NCBI GenBank assembly: GCA_035221665.1 | Contig: CM069138.1 | Coordinates: 86,924,001 to 86,988,000 of the forward strand | Origin: Okamejei kenojei | Taxonomy: Eukaryota | DNA: 64,000 nucleotides | Direction of reading: 5' to 3' | Part shown: positions 38,216 through 51,439 of the stretch, piece after piece | How the letters are laid out: each line of letters opens with the position of its first letter | How positions within the stretch are numbered: position 1 is the stretch's first letter | Made by a program: the position numbers and the translations under genes | Notes under the pieces: generated by a model | The model's input: the letters and a program-made list of their open reading frames with translations, nothing else | What the model was told of the DNA's origin: nothing | Databases searched by the model: none

Positions 38216-38690
38216 GTGAGGTTGTTTCTGACAGTTCAATTGCACTTACTTGGAAGAGAATTGAGTGTTTTTATTTCTAACATTTATCAGGGTGACTGAT
38301 CTATTGCACAGATTTCTGAAGGCTTTTAATCCTGAGCCTCAAATTGGGATGTTTGGGACTTGTGTGACCGTTTATATGCCCATTCATCTTCATGGGGAAC
38401 ACCTTTTACTCCGGTCAATATTCCAACTGAACTCCACTGGATTGAAAACCTCTTGTGAATGTCAGATCCACAGTCTGTTTAGCAGGAAGATGATGTCTAC
38501 AATTTGCTTTTGTTTTAGTGGGAATAATGTTTGCATAAAGATTAAAGCTTAAGCCTAATGTACTGTGTTAAGTTGTATGCTCAGGCAGTTTTGAGAGAAT
38601 TTTACTAAATTAGCCTGTCCCAAATGTTGGCAATCTCCTTTTCGAGAAACAGCTACAGAATAAATACGTTACAATACCATAATGATGTAA

Positions 38691-38918
<228 letters not shown>

Positions 38919-39323
38919 TGAGGAAAATATTGCAAAGGTATCTTTCATTCCAGTCTGCGTTAGGACTGGTAGACCATTAATGACTGAACACCAGCCAGCA
39001 TGGCATCTTGCACTGTGAGGATGGTCAAACATTGGAGGATTTCCCCATAGTCTTTCCTCCTCCTCCTCCCCCCCCCCCCCCAATTAGTCAAAGGGTTTGT
39101 TATGATAAAAAAAAACCCTGTTTAGTTGTTGATGCTGTTTACTGCGCTTTTCTTGCAGTTGGTGCATGGTAAAGATCAAATTCATTGTAGTGTATTAAAT
39201 AAACACCATGATTCAGCTAGTGCGCTTACGCTACTGCGAGGTGATAGATAGATCCATGCAATAAATGTTCTGGTGGCCAATCGAAAGGACACTTATGAGA
39301 TTTTTCTCTCTCCTTGTAACTGA

Positions 39324-39590
<267 letters not shown>

Positions 39591-39663
39591 TAAACCAGAT
39601 GTTAAACTTAAATTATTTGTTAGATATTTGTGATTGGAAAACATGCTAATTGTACTGTAATAA

Positions 39664-39813
<150 letters not shown>

Positions 39814-41666
39814 TGAGTAATTCCTTTGAACTTGTCAAGATATTCTAACAGCTTCCATTTTGTTTTCTTGTTAATTTTGCAGAAAGTGAAATCTGAGCTT
39901 AAGGTAAAACTTTTACAGTAAAACTCCAATGGCATGGATCTATGGGGGTGCTGGACTGGCACCTTTTCCAGACCATCTACAGACCCCAACACATTTATAA
40001 AAAATAAAAATAAAAAAAATTGATGTTATAGTAAAATAATTTCCAGTGAACTCAGACTGTCAGTTTAAAGGGAACATGGTAAGATGATGCTGAAAGATCA
40101 GGATTTCTAAATTCCAAATAGTCAGATTGCAGATTAAAGGAGTTTTATTGTGGTGTGTTATTAAACTATAATGAATGCTCGTGAGATTTTGCACCAGGAT
40201 ACCTGAACAAAATACATATTTTAGAATTAGAAATTTAACTTTTTAATGTGTCTCGGGTAAATTTAGAAACTTGGCAATGTAGATGGTGGGGACTTGTTTT
40301 TGGAGGGAATAGTCTTGGCATAATGAGTTTGAATTGGAGGAAAGTCTTTGCATGAGTTAGACATTTTGGATTGATATGACATCTTTTCACCTCAGTTTTG
40401 TAAATCTTTGATATTCCCCAAGGGACTGACGGGATTCCATTGCTGACTATGGAAGGATAAGATTGTTTTTGCACCAGTGGAGTAGACTATTTTCCTAAAG
40501 GCTGAATGACCAATTCCTTCTCCAATTTCTTTACATAAGATCATAAGTGATAAGAGTAGAAATAGGCCATTCGGCCCATCAAGTCTACTATGCCATTCAA
40601 TCATGGCTGATCTATCTCTCCCTCCTAACCCCAATGTTTTTATGTCCTGATAAAAATGTTTCAATTTCCCCTTGATTGTTCACATACATGCAGAATATAC
40701 TTATTCCAGAACAGTTTGAGGTGAATGAAGAATGTTGCTATCAACTGGAATTATGAGTTAAAGCCACAAGATTAAGTCTTGACTAAAAATCAAATAATTT
40801 AGGAGGGTCCAAGGAGCCCCAAAATATTGGTGAAAAGCTAATTTGATATTGTGCTAGAATTATGTTTACATGCTTTCAAGAGAGAGCTGATGCTTTCAAT
40901 AGAGAGCTAGATAGGGCTCTTAAAAATAGCGGATATGGGGAGAAGGCAGGAACGGGGTACTGATTGGGGATGATCAGCCATGATCACATTAAATGGCGGT
41001 GCTGGCTCGAAGGGATGAATGGACTACTCCTGCACCTATTGTCTATTTGTCACTAATTTGGGAAATACCTTTTTTCCCTTTGTTGCAAATGGCAGCAATG
41101 ATTACAATATTTATCCTGAGGAATGCCAAAACTAGGCAAATGTGCAATTTTGTTTGTTACTCTTTGCAAATAACCATTATTGTACAATTGTAGTATTAAT
41201 ACTTCATTAAGTCTATAAACATGTTTTGTGTTATCATTCGCTGGAGTTCTAAGAACACAGTATTTAAACCGAACCAATAATCCAGCAATTTTGATTGGAA
41301 ATCATTGTGCGTTTATTGCAAAACAAATTCGGATGCGGGTTGGAGGAGGTAGTCTTGGACCATAGGGTTTTGATATTACTTAAATACAATTCCAGCAGAA
41401 TGTCAAACCGTTTAACTAGTATACTTGGTGTCCATTAATCCTCTCAAATCATTCAAGTGCAGATATTTGTTTACAGTATTTAACAATGGCTCCATCATTC
41501 TAATCTTTTAATTTCATGTCGATGGTGATCTATATATGTATTCTGATAGGAGGCAGGCAGCATACAGCAACTTTGCTGCAGTTGCGAATGTACATTCTTA
41601 GAAACCTAAAACCAGGCTTACTATTAGACCTGAGATAGTGTTTGTTTTGTTATCTTCACTTATTGA

Positions 41667-41807
<141 letters not shown>

Positions 41808-41849
41808 TAATGTTTATTGTGCGCTATTAAATTTCTTTTTTTTTAATAG

Positions 41850-42011
<162 letters not shown>

Positions 42012-43244
42012 TAATGTAATATTAATGACTAGTTTCCTCTGGTTTGCTAATATAGGCTGCAAAGTCTATACATTTGAGCAATAGCTCTTTGAATCATGTG
42101 AAATTTACCATTATAGTTAGGCTATAGATTTATCATGATCTTCTTGGTGTTGAATGGTCAGGTTTTGGTCATAGGATATTGCTGGCATGTGAATTTGAAT
42201 ATATTTTTAGTAAGTGTGGTGTGAGCTTGATTTGTATCTTGGTATGCTCTTTGAAGTATCGACTGAATTTATTCCACTTTTAATTTATTGCCTGTGGAGT
42301 ATCTGAAAGCTAAAAACACATTTGGAGTTTGGTCAGTGTATTTGACATTGGAGGCAGGAGTTTGTAGAGAGCACTTTATTGAAATAGTCTAAATTGGAGA
42401 TGCGTTTAAGTAAAATGTGCTGATTTAAGGTACAAGAATATTTTTGAACAAAAGTTAGATTATTACCTCTAAACATATCTTCATGTATTTAATCCTGTCA
42501 TTTCTTAGAATAATCAATTTTGAAGTACAACTAGAGTTTTAGTGTATGTCACATTACTAAATTTACGAGATGCTGCATGAGCCACTGAGGTATTCCAACA
42601 CTTTGTGTTCTATTATAAGAAGGAACTGCAGATGCTGGTTTAGGGATGCTGCCTATCCCGCTGAGTTACTCTAGCTTTTTGTGTTCTATACAAGATTCCA
42701 GCATCTGCAATTTCTTGCGTCTCCAGCACTATGTATAAAGCTGAAAACATACCAGTTGTAGATATGGTTGTAGATATATTTTTGAAAGAAAACAAACTAA
42801 ATATGAAAAGTTACAGGATCCCAAATTTTATATATCCTATGCTGTTGAGACAAGATGAGAGGATGGTAGGGGAATTGACCATAAATGTTAAATCCTTGTA
42901 AGTTGTGCCAAGGATTGAAAGCTTGCCAGGGATGAACTATACTTTGCGGACAGCTCTCTTGAGACAGCGAATCCTGATGCCCTATTCATCACTGGCGACT
43001 TCATTCAAGCAAACATCACAAACATGCTACCCAAATATCAATAGCATGTCTCCTGTCCCATGAAGGGTGTTAATAGTCTAGATCATGTCTACACCACCAA
43101 GTACATCTCTTGCTCCATCCCTTGACATCCAGTGTCCATCTGTCAGTGCACCTCCTGCTAGCTTACTAACACTAAAGCATGAGGCACAAACAAAACAATA
43201 ATGTTGGATAATCTTCATTTTAAAAATTTGTAAAGTTTTGTTAA

Positions 43245-43394
<150 letters not shown>

Positions 43395-43499
43395 TGAGTG
43401 TACTTTTTTTCAATGGCTACATTAAAGTTGTGGTGTTGTAATTCTGTTACAGACTTTTGAGTGCTTTCTGTATGCTTTGGAGAGATACCGAATCATTTC

Positions 43500-44720
43500 A
43501 TGGAAACAGACCATTCGGCTCATTTTATGCATGCTAAATGAGCTAATACCACTAGCCTGGCCCATATTTCTTCGAAGCTTCCTATCCATGTACGTGCTTC
43601 TGTTTTTTTCAAAATGTATCTGCCTCTATCATTTCCTCTGGCATCTCATTTAACTCTGTTAAAAGTTGTCCCTTTGCTCTTATTTGCATATCTCCCCCCC
43701 CCCCCCCTCACCTTAAACCTAATACTCTCTAGTTTTAGAATTCCCTATCGTGGGATAAGACTATGGCTATTCAATGCCTCTTGTGATTTTATAAACCTCT
43801 AAGTTCACCCTTCAGCCTCTAGTTTCCAGAGGAAAAAAGGAAATCCAGGCTGTCGTTGTAACTCAAACCTTCTAAACCTGGTAGTATCTTCAAATCTGTT
43901 CAGTGTCTTTTCTTATTTGGTGACATTGTTCACATAGCAGGACAACCAGAACTGCACACGTCACTCCAAATGTGGCATTAACAGCATCTTGAACAACTTT
44001 AACCTGATGCCCCAACTCATGTACTTAATGTCCTATCTGATGAAGGTAAGCGTACCAAATGCCACCTTCATCACCATGTCTTTCTGTGTCGCCACTTTCA
44101 GGCATCCCTAGCTATCTCTCTCTCTCTCTCTCTCTATACCACTCCCCAAACTCCTGCCATTTACTGTGCAATCCTCCTGCCCTGGTTTGTTTTTACCAAA
44201 GTTTAACATCTTGACCCAGCCCGACCCCCATGGCACACCACTTGCTGCAGCCTCACGCCTGAAAAGACAACCCCGACCTTCAATCTATTTTTGTATCCAG
44301 TTGTCTCGCTCACCCTGGATCCCATGTGATCTAACGTCCCTAAACAACCGACCATGAGGCATTTTAGTCCTACCCAAAGTCCATGTAGTCATTTACAGCT
44401 CTGCCGTCATCAATCGTTTTGGTCGCCTCAATTAAATTTGTGAGGCATGATTTAATGTGCACAAAGCCATGCTGATAATCCGCAATCAGACCACCAGTGG
44501 TGTAGGGCTTACTGGTCTTAAGTTCCAAGGCATTTCCATGTAGCCTTTCTTAAATAGAGATAGAATATTAGCCTCCTGCTGTTTGGCACCAAGCCCATGG
44601 CAATTGATTATATAAATATCCCTGCCGGTGGCATTTTCCCAGCTTCTCATAACATCTTAGGGTGCACCTGATCAGGACCTAGTAATTAATCTTCCTTTGT
44701 GCATTTTAAGTCCTCCAGCA
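43500..44720 (-). mobile_element. Old CR1-type LINE fragment
   Basis: Minus-strand CR1 RT/3' similarity (GACAACCAGAACTGCACAC, TACCAAATGCC); heavily decayed; boundaries approximate. Confidence 0.6.
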
Positions 44721-44909
44721 CCACTTTAGGTCGATTATTATCACATGTAGCAAGGTACAGTAAAAAGCTTTGTTTTCCCTGCTATCCACAGATCAGATAT
44801 AACGTACATAAATACAATCCAGTCTAACTCCAGTACAATAGAAGGAGCAGTTATACAAGTTATAGAAAGAGACAAGAGTGAACGTTGGACTGCTTGAGAA
44901 CGATGCAGG

Positions 44910-46005
44910 ATAAGTGATAGTGGGAATAAAGAAATGGCAGAGGAATTGAATAACTTTATTGCATTAGTCGTCACAGTGGAAAACACCAGCAACGTGGCTG
45001 AAATTCAAGAGAGTTAGTGGGTGGAAGTGAGTGGAGTGGGAGAGGTGTTTGGGAAACTGAAGGGGCTGAAGGTGGATAAGTCACCTGGGCCGGATGGACT
45101 GCACCCTCGGGTTCTAAGAGGTGGCTTTAGAGATTTTGGAGGCATTGATAGTGATTTCAGGAATCGCTCGTCAGGAATGATCCCAGATGATTGGAAAATT
45201 GCCAATATTACCCTGCTGAACAAAAAGGGAGCAAGGCAGTATAGTGGGAAATATAGGGCGGTTTGTCTGACTTCGGTGGATGGTAAGTTTTTAGGGTCCA
45301 TTATTATAAAGGATGAGGATACGGAGTACATAGAAGTTCATGATAAAATAGGCCAAAGTCAGCATGGCTATGTGAAGGGGGGTCTTGACAAATTTGCTGG
45401 AATTCTTTGAATAAGTAAATAGCAGGGCAGACAAAGGAGAGTCAGTAGAAGCTGTGTACTTAGATTTTCAGAAAGCCTTTGATGAAGTACCACTCGTTAA
45501 GCTGCTTACGAAGATGAGAGCCCACGGTATCAAAGCTTAGATACTAGCTTGGAGAGCAGGTTGGCTGGATCGCAGAAGACAGTGTCAATAAAGGGGGCTT
45601 TTCATAGTTGGCTGCCAGTGACTAGTGGTGTTCTGCTAGGGTCGGTGCTGGGGCTGCTACTCTTCACGTTGGATATTAATGATTTGGACGAGGGGATTGA
45701 AGGCTTTGTGGCAAAGTTAGCAGATGATATGAAAATAGGTGGAAGGGCAGGTAGTGTGGTCAAAGCAGGGACACTGCAGAAGGACGGACAGGTTGTGAGA
45801 GTGGGCAGAGAAGTGGTAGATGTAACCTAGTGTGGAGTCATGCATTTTGGTAGTAGGAATAAAGGCGTAGACTATTTTCTAAAAGGAGTGAGAATCCAGA
45901 AATCAGAGGTACAAAGAGACCTGGGAGTGCTGGTGCAGGATTCCCAAAAAGTTAATCTGCAAGTCAAATCGGTAGTAAAGAAAGTAAACTCAATGTTAAC
46001 ATTTA
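44910..46005 (+). mobile_element. CR1 LINE RT fragment
   Basis: DKSPGPDGLHPRVL, YRAVCLTS, SGVLLGSVLG, KLADDMKIG. Confidence 0.88.
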
Positions 46006-46915
46006 CAGTGCCCTCCATAACGTTTGGGACAAAAACCCATCGTTTATTTATTTCCCTCTGTACTCTACAATTTGCGATATGTATTAGAACAAATCACATG
46101 TGCACATTGTCAGATTTTATTAAAGGCCATTTTTATACATTTTGGTTTCACCATGTAGAAATTACAGCAGTGTTTATACATAGTCTCCACATTTCAGGAC
46201 TCCATAATGTTTGGGACACAGCAATGTCATGTAAATGAAAATAGTCATGTTTAGTATTTTGTTGCATATCCTTTGCATGCAATGACTGCTTGAAGTCTGT
46301 GATTCATGGACATCACCAGTTGCAGGGTGTCTTCTCTGGTGATGCTCTGCCAAGCCTGTATTGCAGCCATCTTTAGTTTCTGCTTGATTTGGGGGCTAGT
46401 CCCCTTCAGTTTTCTCTTCAGCATATAAAAGGCATGCTCAATTGGATTCAGGTCGGTGATTGACTTGGCCACTCAAGAATTGACCATTTATGAGCTTTGA
46501 AAAAACCCTTTTGTTGCTTTAGCAGTATATTTGCGATTATTGTCTTGCTGTAGAATGAACTGTCGGCCAATGAGTTTTGAGGCATTTGTTTGAACTTGAG
46601 CAGATAGGATGTGTCTGTACACTTCTGAATTCATTATGCTACTACCATCAGCAGTTGTATCATCAATGAAGATAAGTGAGCCAGTACCTTCAGCAGCCAT
46701 ACATGCCCAGGCCGTAACACCCCCACCACCAGATTTCATAGATGAGGTGGTATGCTCTGGATCTTGGGCAATTCCTTCTCTCCTCCATACTTATCTCTTG
46801 CCATCACTCTGATATATTAATATTTGTCTCATCTGTCCACAAGACCTTTTTTCCAGAACTGTGGTTGTTCTTTTAAGTACTTCTTGGCAAACTGTAACCT
46901 GACCATCCTATTTTT

Positions 46916-48545
46916 ATGAATGAATAAGTTTATTGGCCAAGTATTCACATACAAGGAATTTGCCTTGGTGCTCCGTCTGCAAGTGACAACATGACATAAA
47001 GTGAGTTAAGAATGATGCATAAAACATTAAACATTAATAATAAAACATTATTGATTAAATGTGAATTAAATAGAATATCACAACAAAAGGAGGCTACAGA
47101 TTTTTTGGTTATTGAGTTGAGCTACTACTCATGGGGGAAAAAAAGCTGATTTTTACGTCTGGCTGTGGCAGCTTTGACAGTCTTGAGTCACCTTCCAGAG
47201 GGAAGTGATTCAATGAGTTTGTGGCCAGGGTGAGAGGGGTCTGAGATGATCTTACCCGCTCGCTTCCTGGCCCTTGCAGTGTACAGTTTGTCAATGGAGG
47301 AAAGGTTGCAGCCAATTCTCAGCTGATCGGACGATTCGCTGCAGCCTCCGGGTGTCGTGCTTGGTGGTTGAGCCAAACCAGACCATGATGGAGAACGTGA
47401 GGATCGACTACGTTGGCTGTATAGAATTGGACCATCGTTGCCTGTGGCAGATTGTGCTTCCTCAGCTGCAGCAGGAAGTACATCCTCTGTTGTGCCTTTT
47501 TGACTGTGGAGTCGATTGTAGACCCCCACTTGAGGTCCTTGGAGATGATGGTTCTGTAGATTAGTGGCTCATGATATGTCATGTTTTTGTAATTACGCCC
47601 ACTAGCTTATTAGCGTCACGGTCTACTGCACTCGTCAGTCTAAAGTGAACTCTCAAGTGAGAACTTGTAGTTGTTTATTCTAAATAAACTCTCGGAGTTC
47701 TTGTGATAATAAAGACCTCGCGTCAAGTCAGGTTATACACTGTTTATTTAGATTAAACAACTACAAGTTCTCACTTGAGAGTTCACTTTAGACTGACGAG
47801 TGCAGTAGACCGCGACGCTAATAAGCTAGTGGGCGTAATTACAAAAACATGACTCATAGCATGAGCCGCTAATCTACAGGTTCCCAGGAACTTTAAAGAC
47901 AGATGTGACTGTAGTGTTGTTGCTGGTGGGTGGGGTGAGGGGAGGGGAGCTCCCGTAGTCGATAATCAATTCCACTGTCTTAAGAGCATTGAGCTCCAGG
48001 TTGTTGCGATGGCACCAGGACGCCAGCTGTGACACTTCCTGTCTGTAGGCAGATTCCTCCCCATCTTGGATCAGTCCAATCAGGGTTGTGTCATTCACAA
48101 ACTTGAGAATCTTGACAGAGGAGTCGGTGGAGGTGCAGTCATTGGTGTAGAGGAGACGGGAGAGTACGCAGCCGTGCGGTGCTCCTATGCTGAGCATTTG
48201 GTGATCCGAGATATGCTTTCCCAGCCTCTTATGCTGCTTCCTGTCTGTCAGGAAGCCGGTGATCCACCGATAGACACAGTCAACTCGGAAAGTTTGGAGT
48301 GTAGTAGCTCTGGCACAATGGTGTTGAAAGCAGAGCTAAAATCAACAAACAAAATCCTCGCGTCGGTCCCCTGGCAGTCTAGGTGTTGGAGGATGTGTCA
48401 TCCACAGATCTATTGGCCCGATATGTAAACTGCAGAGGGTCCAGCAGGGGGTTTGTGATATTTTTCAGCTTGGCCAGCACAAGCCTTTCAAGGGTCTTCA
48501 TGAGTACAGAGGTCAGTGCGACAGGCCTGTAGTCATTAAGACAAG
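46916..48545 (-). mobile_element. Rex1/Babar-clade non-LTR retrotransposon, 5'-truncated, (ATTC)n tail
   Basis: GAPHGCVLS..LYTNDC..KFVNDTTLIGLI..EESAYRQEV..NNLELNALKT; KKAQQRMYFL; ISDPSHPGH..LPSGR; tail AATAAACTTATTCATTCAT on the minus strand. Confidence 0.85.
47555..47878. mobile_element. 324-bp fold-back element (TG...CA, ~135-bp inverted arms, 5-bp TSD GGTTC)
   Basis: Arms 47555-47689 and 47742-47878 are reverse complements; GGTTC at 47550-47554 and 47879-47883; Rex sequence is restored on removal. Confidence 0.9.
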
Positions 48546-48620
48546 TGGTTTGCATCTTGCAGTGTAGCCGCTGTATTTCTGTTCATTGAGTCTTTTGTGG
48601 ACAGTGGTCATTGACAAATC

Positions 48621-50366
48621 TGTAAATGACCCAGCCATTCTCACAAACATGGTACAACAGAGTTTATTAAAAGACACTTACAGTACACTACAGCATGTTG
48701 CTTCAGCTATGTCGCTGGCCCTGAAGAAATGAAGAGCGCTGAGCATTTTGACTATGTGCCTGCAGTTCTGGATCACAACAACAGATTGTAGTAGCTGCTG
48801 AAACTATTGATGACCCTGCAGTCCTACTCGCTAAGTTCAGGCAGCTGTGTGACCTTCGTGCCAACTCCAACTCCATACTTGAACGTACTAAGTTTTTTGC
48901 TCGCTACCAACGGCAAGGAGAACCCGTTGAAAATGTCATTAACGATCTGAAACACATGGCTGCACGCTGCCATTTTGGGGATCTGTGTGAGGATCTCATC
49001 TGCGACAAACTGGAAAGAGGTCTGCTTAGTGATAAGGTACAAGACGAACTGCTCCACGATACTGAACTGACAATGCTACCGACACCTATCGTAACCGGCG
49101 TTTTACAACCCTACGCATCACCTCGACAGCCTCGGAGATCTATCAAACGGTGCTCTAACTGTGACGGCTCCCACGTTCCAGGTTGTAAATTCTGCAATTC
49201 TTTCGGTAAAAATTGCCACTGCTGTAGGAAGATGAATCACTTCATGAAATGCTGTCATTTGTGTATAGATCGTTCGTTCCCAAGGCAGGCTGTGCACCTG
49301 TTAAAACATGAACCTACTGATAATGAATACCAGGAGCTGGAAGCGCCATCTCCTGTTCGGTTCCCAGAGCATGAAGATAATAGTCGTAACATCAACTTGC
49401 TGATTGCTTCCACTAACAAGCATCTTGTCCCTGAAGTTTCTTTGCTCATTAATAACAACATCACCGTTGCAAAGATCGACTCTGGTGCCATGTGCAATGT
49501 CATGTCTTTATCTGAATTTAAACAAATCCATAATGCCGACCGTATTGCAAACACTTCGACCACTTTGCAAGCCTACGGGGGAGGGGAACTGCTCCCATTT
49601 GGAGAAACAACTGAATTGCCGCCTGGAGTCACAAGCTCACAAACTGAAGTTTGTCCGTGGGAATTCTGCAACTCTGCTTGGCATTAACGCATGCCAGGAT
49701 CTAGGACTGGTTGCCTTTGGGCCTGCTGTCCAACAAATTTCTCCCACTGAGGGTTCCACTCAGCAAATACTTTCACAATGCAAAGAACTCTTTGACGACA
49801 AGCTTGGGAATCTGCCCATCAAGTACAACATCGCCACTGATCCAAATGTATTACCTGTGGTCCGAACACCACACCGTATTCTGCATGCTATGCGCGACAG
49901 AGTTTACAATGAGCTCCAGCGGATGGTGTCTCTGGGTGTCATTGCTTCGGTCACTGGGTTTCCACCATGGTGGTTGCAGCAAAGAAGAACAAGGAAGAAA
50001 TCAGAATCTGCATCAACCCCAGAGACCTAAACACAGCGATCAGACGCCCACACTACCCGATGCTTACAGTAGAGGAAGTTGCTGCTCAGATAGGCAGTGC
50101 ATCTGTGTTCTCTGTTCTGGATGCCAAAAGTTTGTTTTGGCAGATCCCACTTCTGACACCATGTAAATGACCCAGTCATTCTCACAAACATGGTACATCG
50201 GAGTTTATTAAAAGACACTTACAGTACACTACAGCATGTTGCTTCAGCTGTATAGCGGCAAATAGACTAATAGCACAGGCTGGGTGACGATAATATGAAC
50301 AGTGTAGTAGGCGGAGCTTCTAATACCAAAGCACTACATTGGTTAGTGTGGAGTAACCAATCTACA
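48621..50366 (-). mobile_element. Rearranged Gypsy element: LTRs/PBS on the minus strand, gag-PR-RT remnant on the plus strand, TSD AAATC
   Basis: Full LTR 50162-50366; 88-bp partial LTR 48621-48708; PBS TGGTGTCAGAAGTGGGAT (minus strand, 50144-50161); TSD at 48616-48620 and 50367-50371; plus-strand CCHC, KIDSGA, IRICINPRDLN. Confidence 0.88.
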
Positions 50367-50880
50367 AAATCCATAGTGACATTACTTCAATTTCTGAGCC
50401 ACGCAGGAAATCTCTGATAGGTTCCAGGGCCCACTTTAAGTACCTCATGGTATTTAAAGCTATAATGGTAGAGGTTGCAGATCGAAACTGTTTTCAGTGG
50501 GTTAACAGTCAAAACACCAGAAGTGATTAACAAATATTTAGTGACATGAGAAAAATACTAATATGCAACAAGTGGCAGGGTCTGGAATGTTATATCAGCA
50601 ATGAGAGTGTAGGTAAATTTAATTGCTGAGTGAAGTACTTCAAAATAAAATTTCAGATAATAGGGAAAAGGCCAAAGAGCAGCTCTGGCTGGATTGTACA
50701 AGCATACACATGTAGGGTTGAATGGCTTCATTCCATGCTTCAACTTTCATGTAATTGTGTGAAGTGCAGGGCAATGTGAAATCCAAGCAGCGAGTATGAA
50801 GCAAGCTTCAGACAATAAAAGGGTACACAAAAGGCTGGAGAAACTCAGCGGGTGCAGCAGCATCTAAGGAGCGAAGGAGA

Positions 50881-50920
50881 TAGGCGACGTTTCGGGTCGA
50901 GACCCTTCTTCAGACTGGTC
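50881..50920 (-). ncRNA. Minimal hammerhead ribozyme motif in a Penelope-derived terminal repeat
   Basis: Minus strand CTGAAGA-a-GGGTC-tc-GACCC-GAAAC-GTC: CUGANGA and GAAA boxes, stem II and a GUC site; stems I and III very short. Confidence 0.6.
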
Positions 50921-51129
50921 AGGGATCAGGGAAACGAGAGATATAGACGGTGATGTGGAGAGATAAAGAACAATGAATGAAAGATATGCAAAAAAGTATC
51001 GATGATAAAGGGAATAAAATCTGACAATAAAATCTGAGTTAACTACTTGAAACTTGTGGCAAGTCCATTTGAAATGTGAGTTTATTTTAGTTTATTAAAG
51101 GATACTAAAACTCTTTTATTTGATTACAG

Positions 51130-51380
<251 letters not shown>

Positions 51381-51439
51381 TAAGTTTGGTTTTTAACTTT
51401 GTTTTTAATTGCTTCATGCCATAAAGGGGTTATGTTTGT

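Larger units (their letters stand above)
46006..48620 (-). mobile_element. Second Tc1 copy (same family as 23167), truncated; hosts Rex1/Babar and Gypsy insertions
   Basis: Same TIR CAGTGCCCTCCATA after TA; DDE ORFs 46251-46739 (QQDN, DLNPIE); Tc1 sequence resumes at ~48545-48620. Confidence 0.88.

Noticed and set aside
50144-50161. tRNA gene fragment
   Set aside because: It is only the 18-nt primer-binding site next to an LTR; SINE B-boxes elsewhere are likewise not tRNA genes
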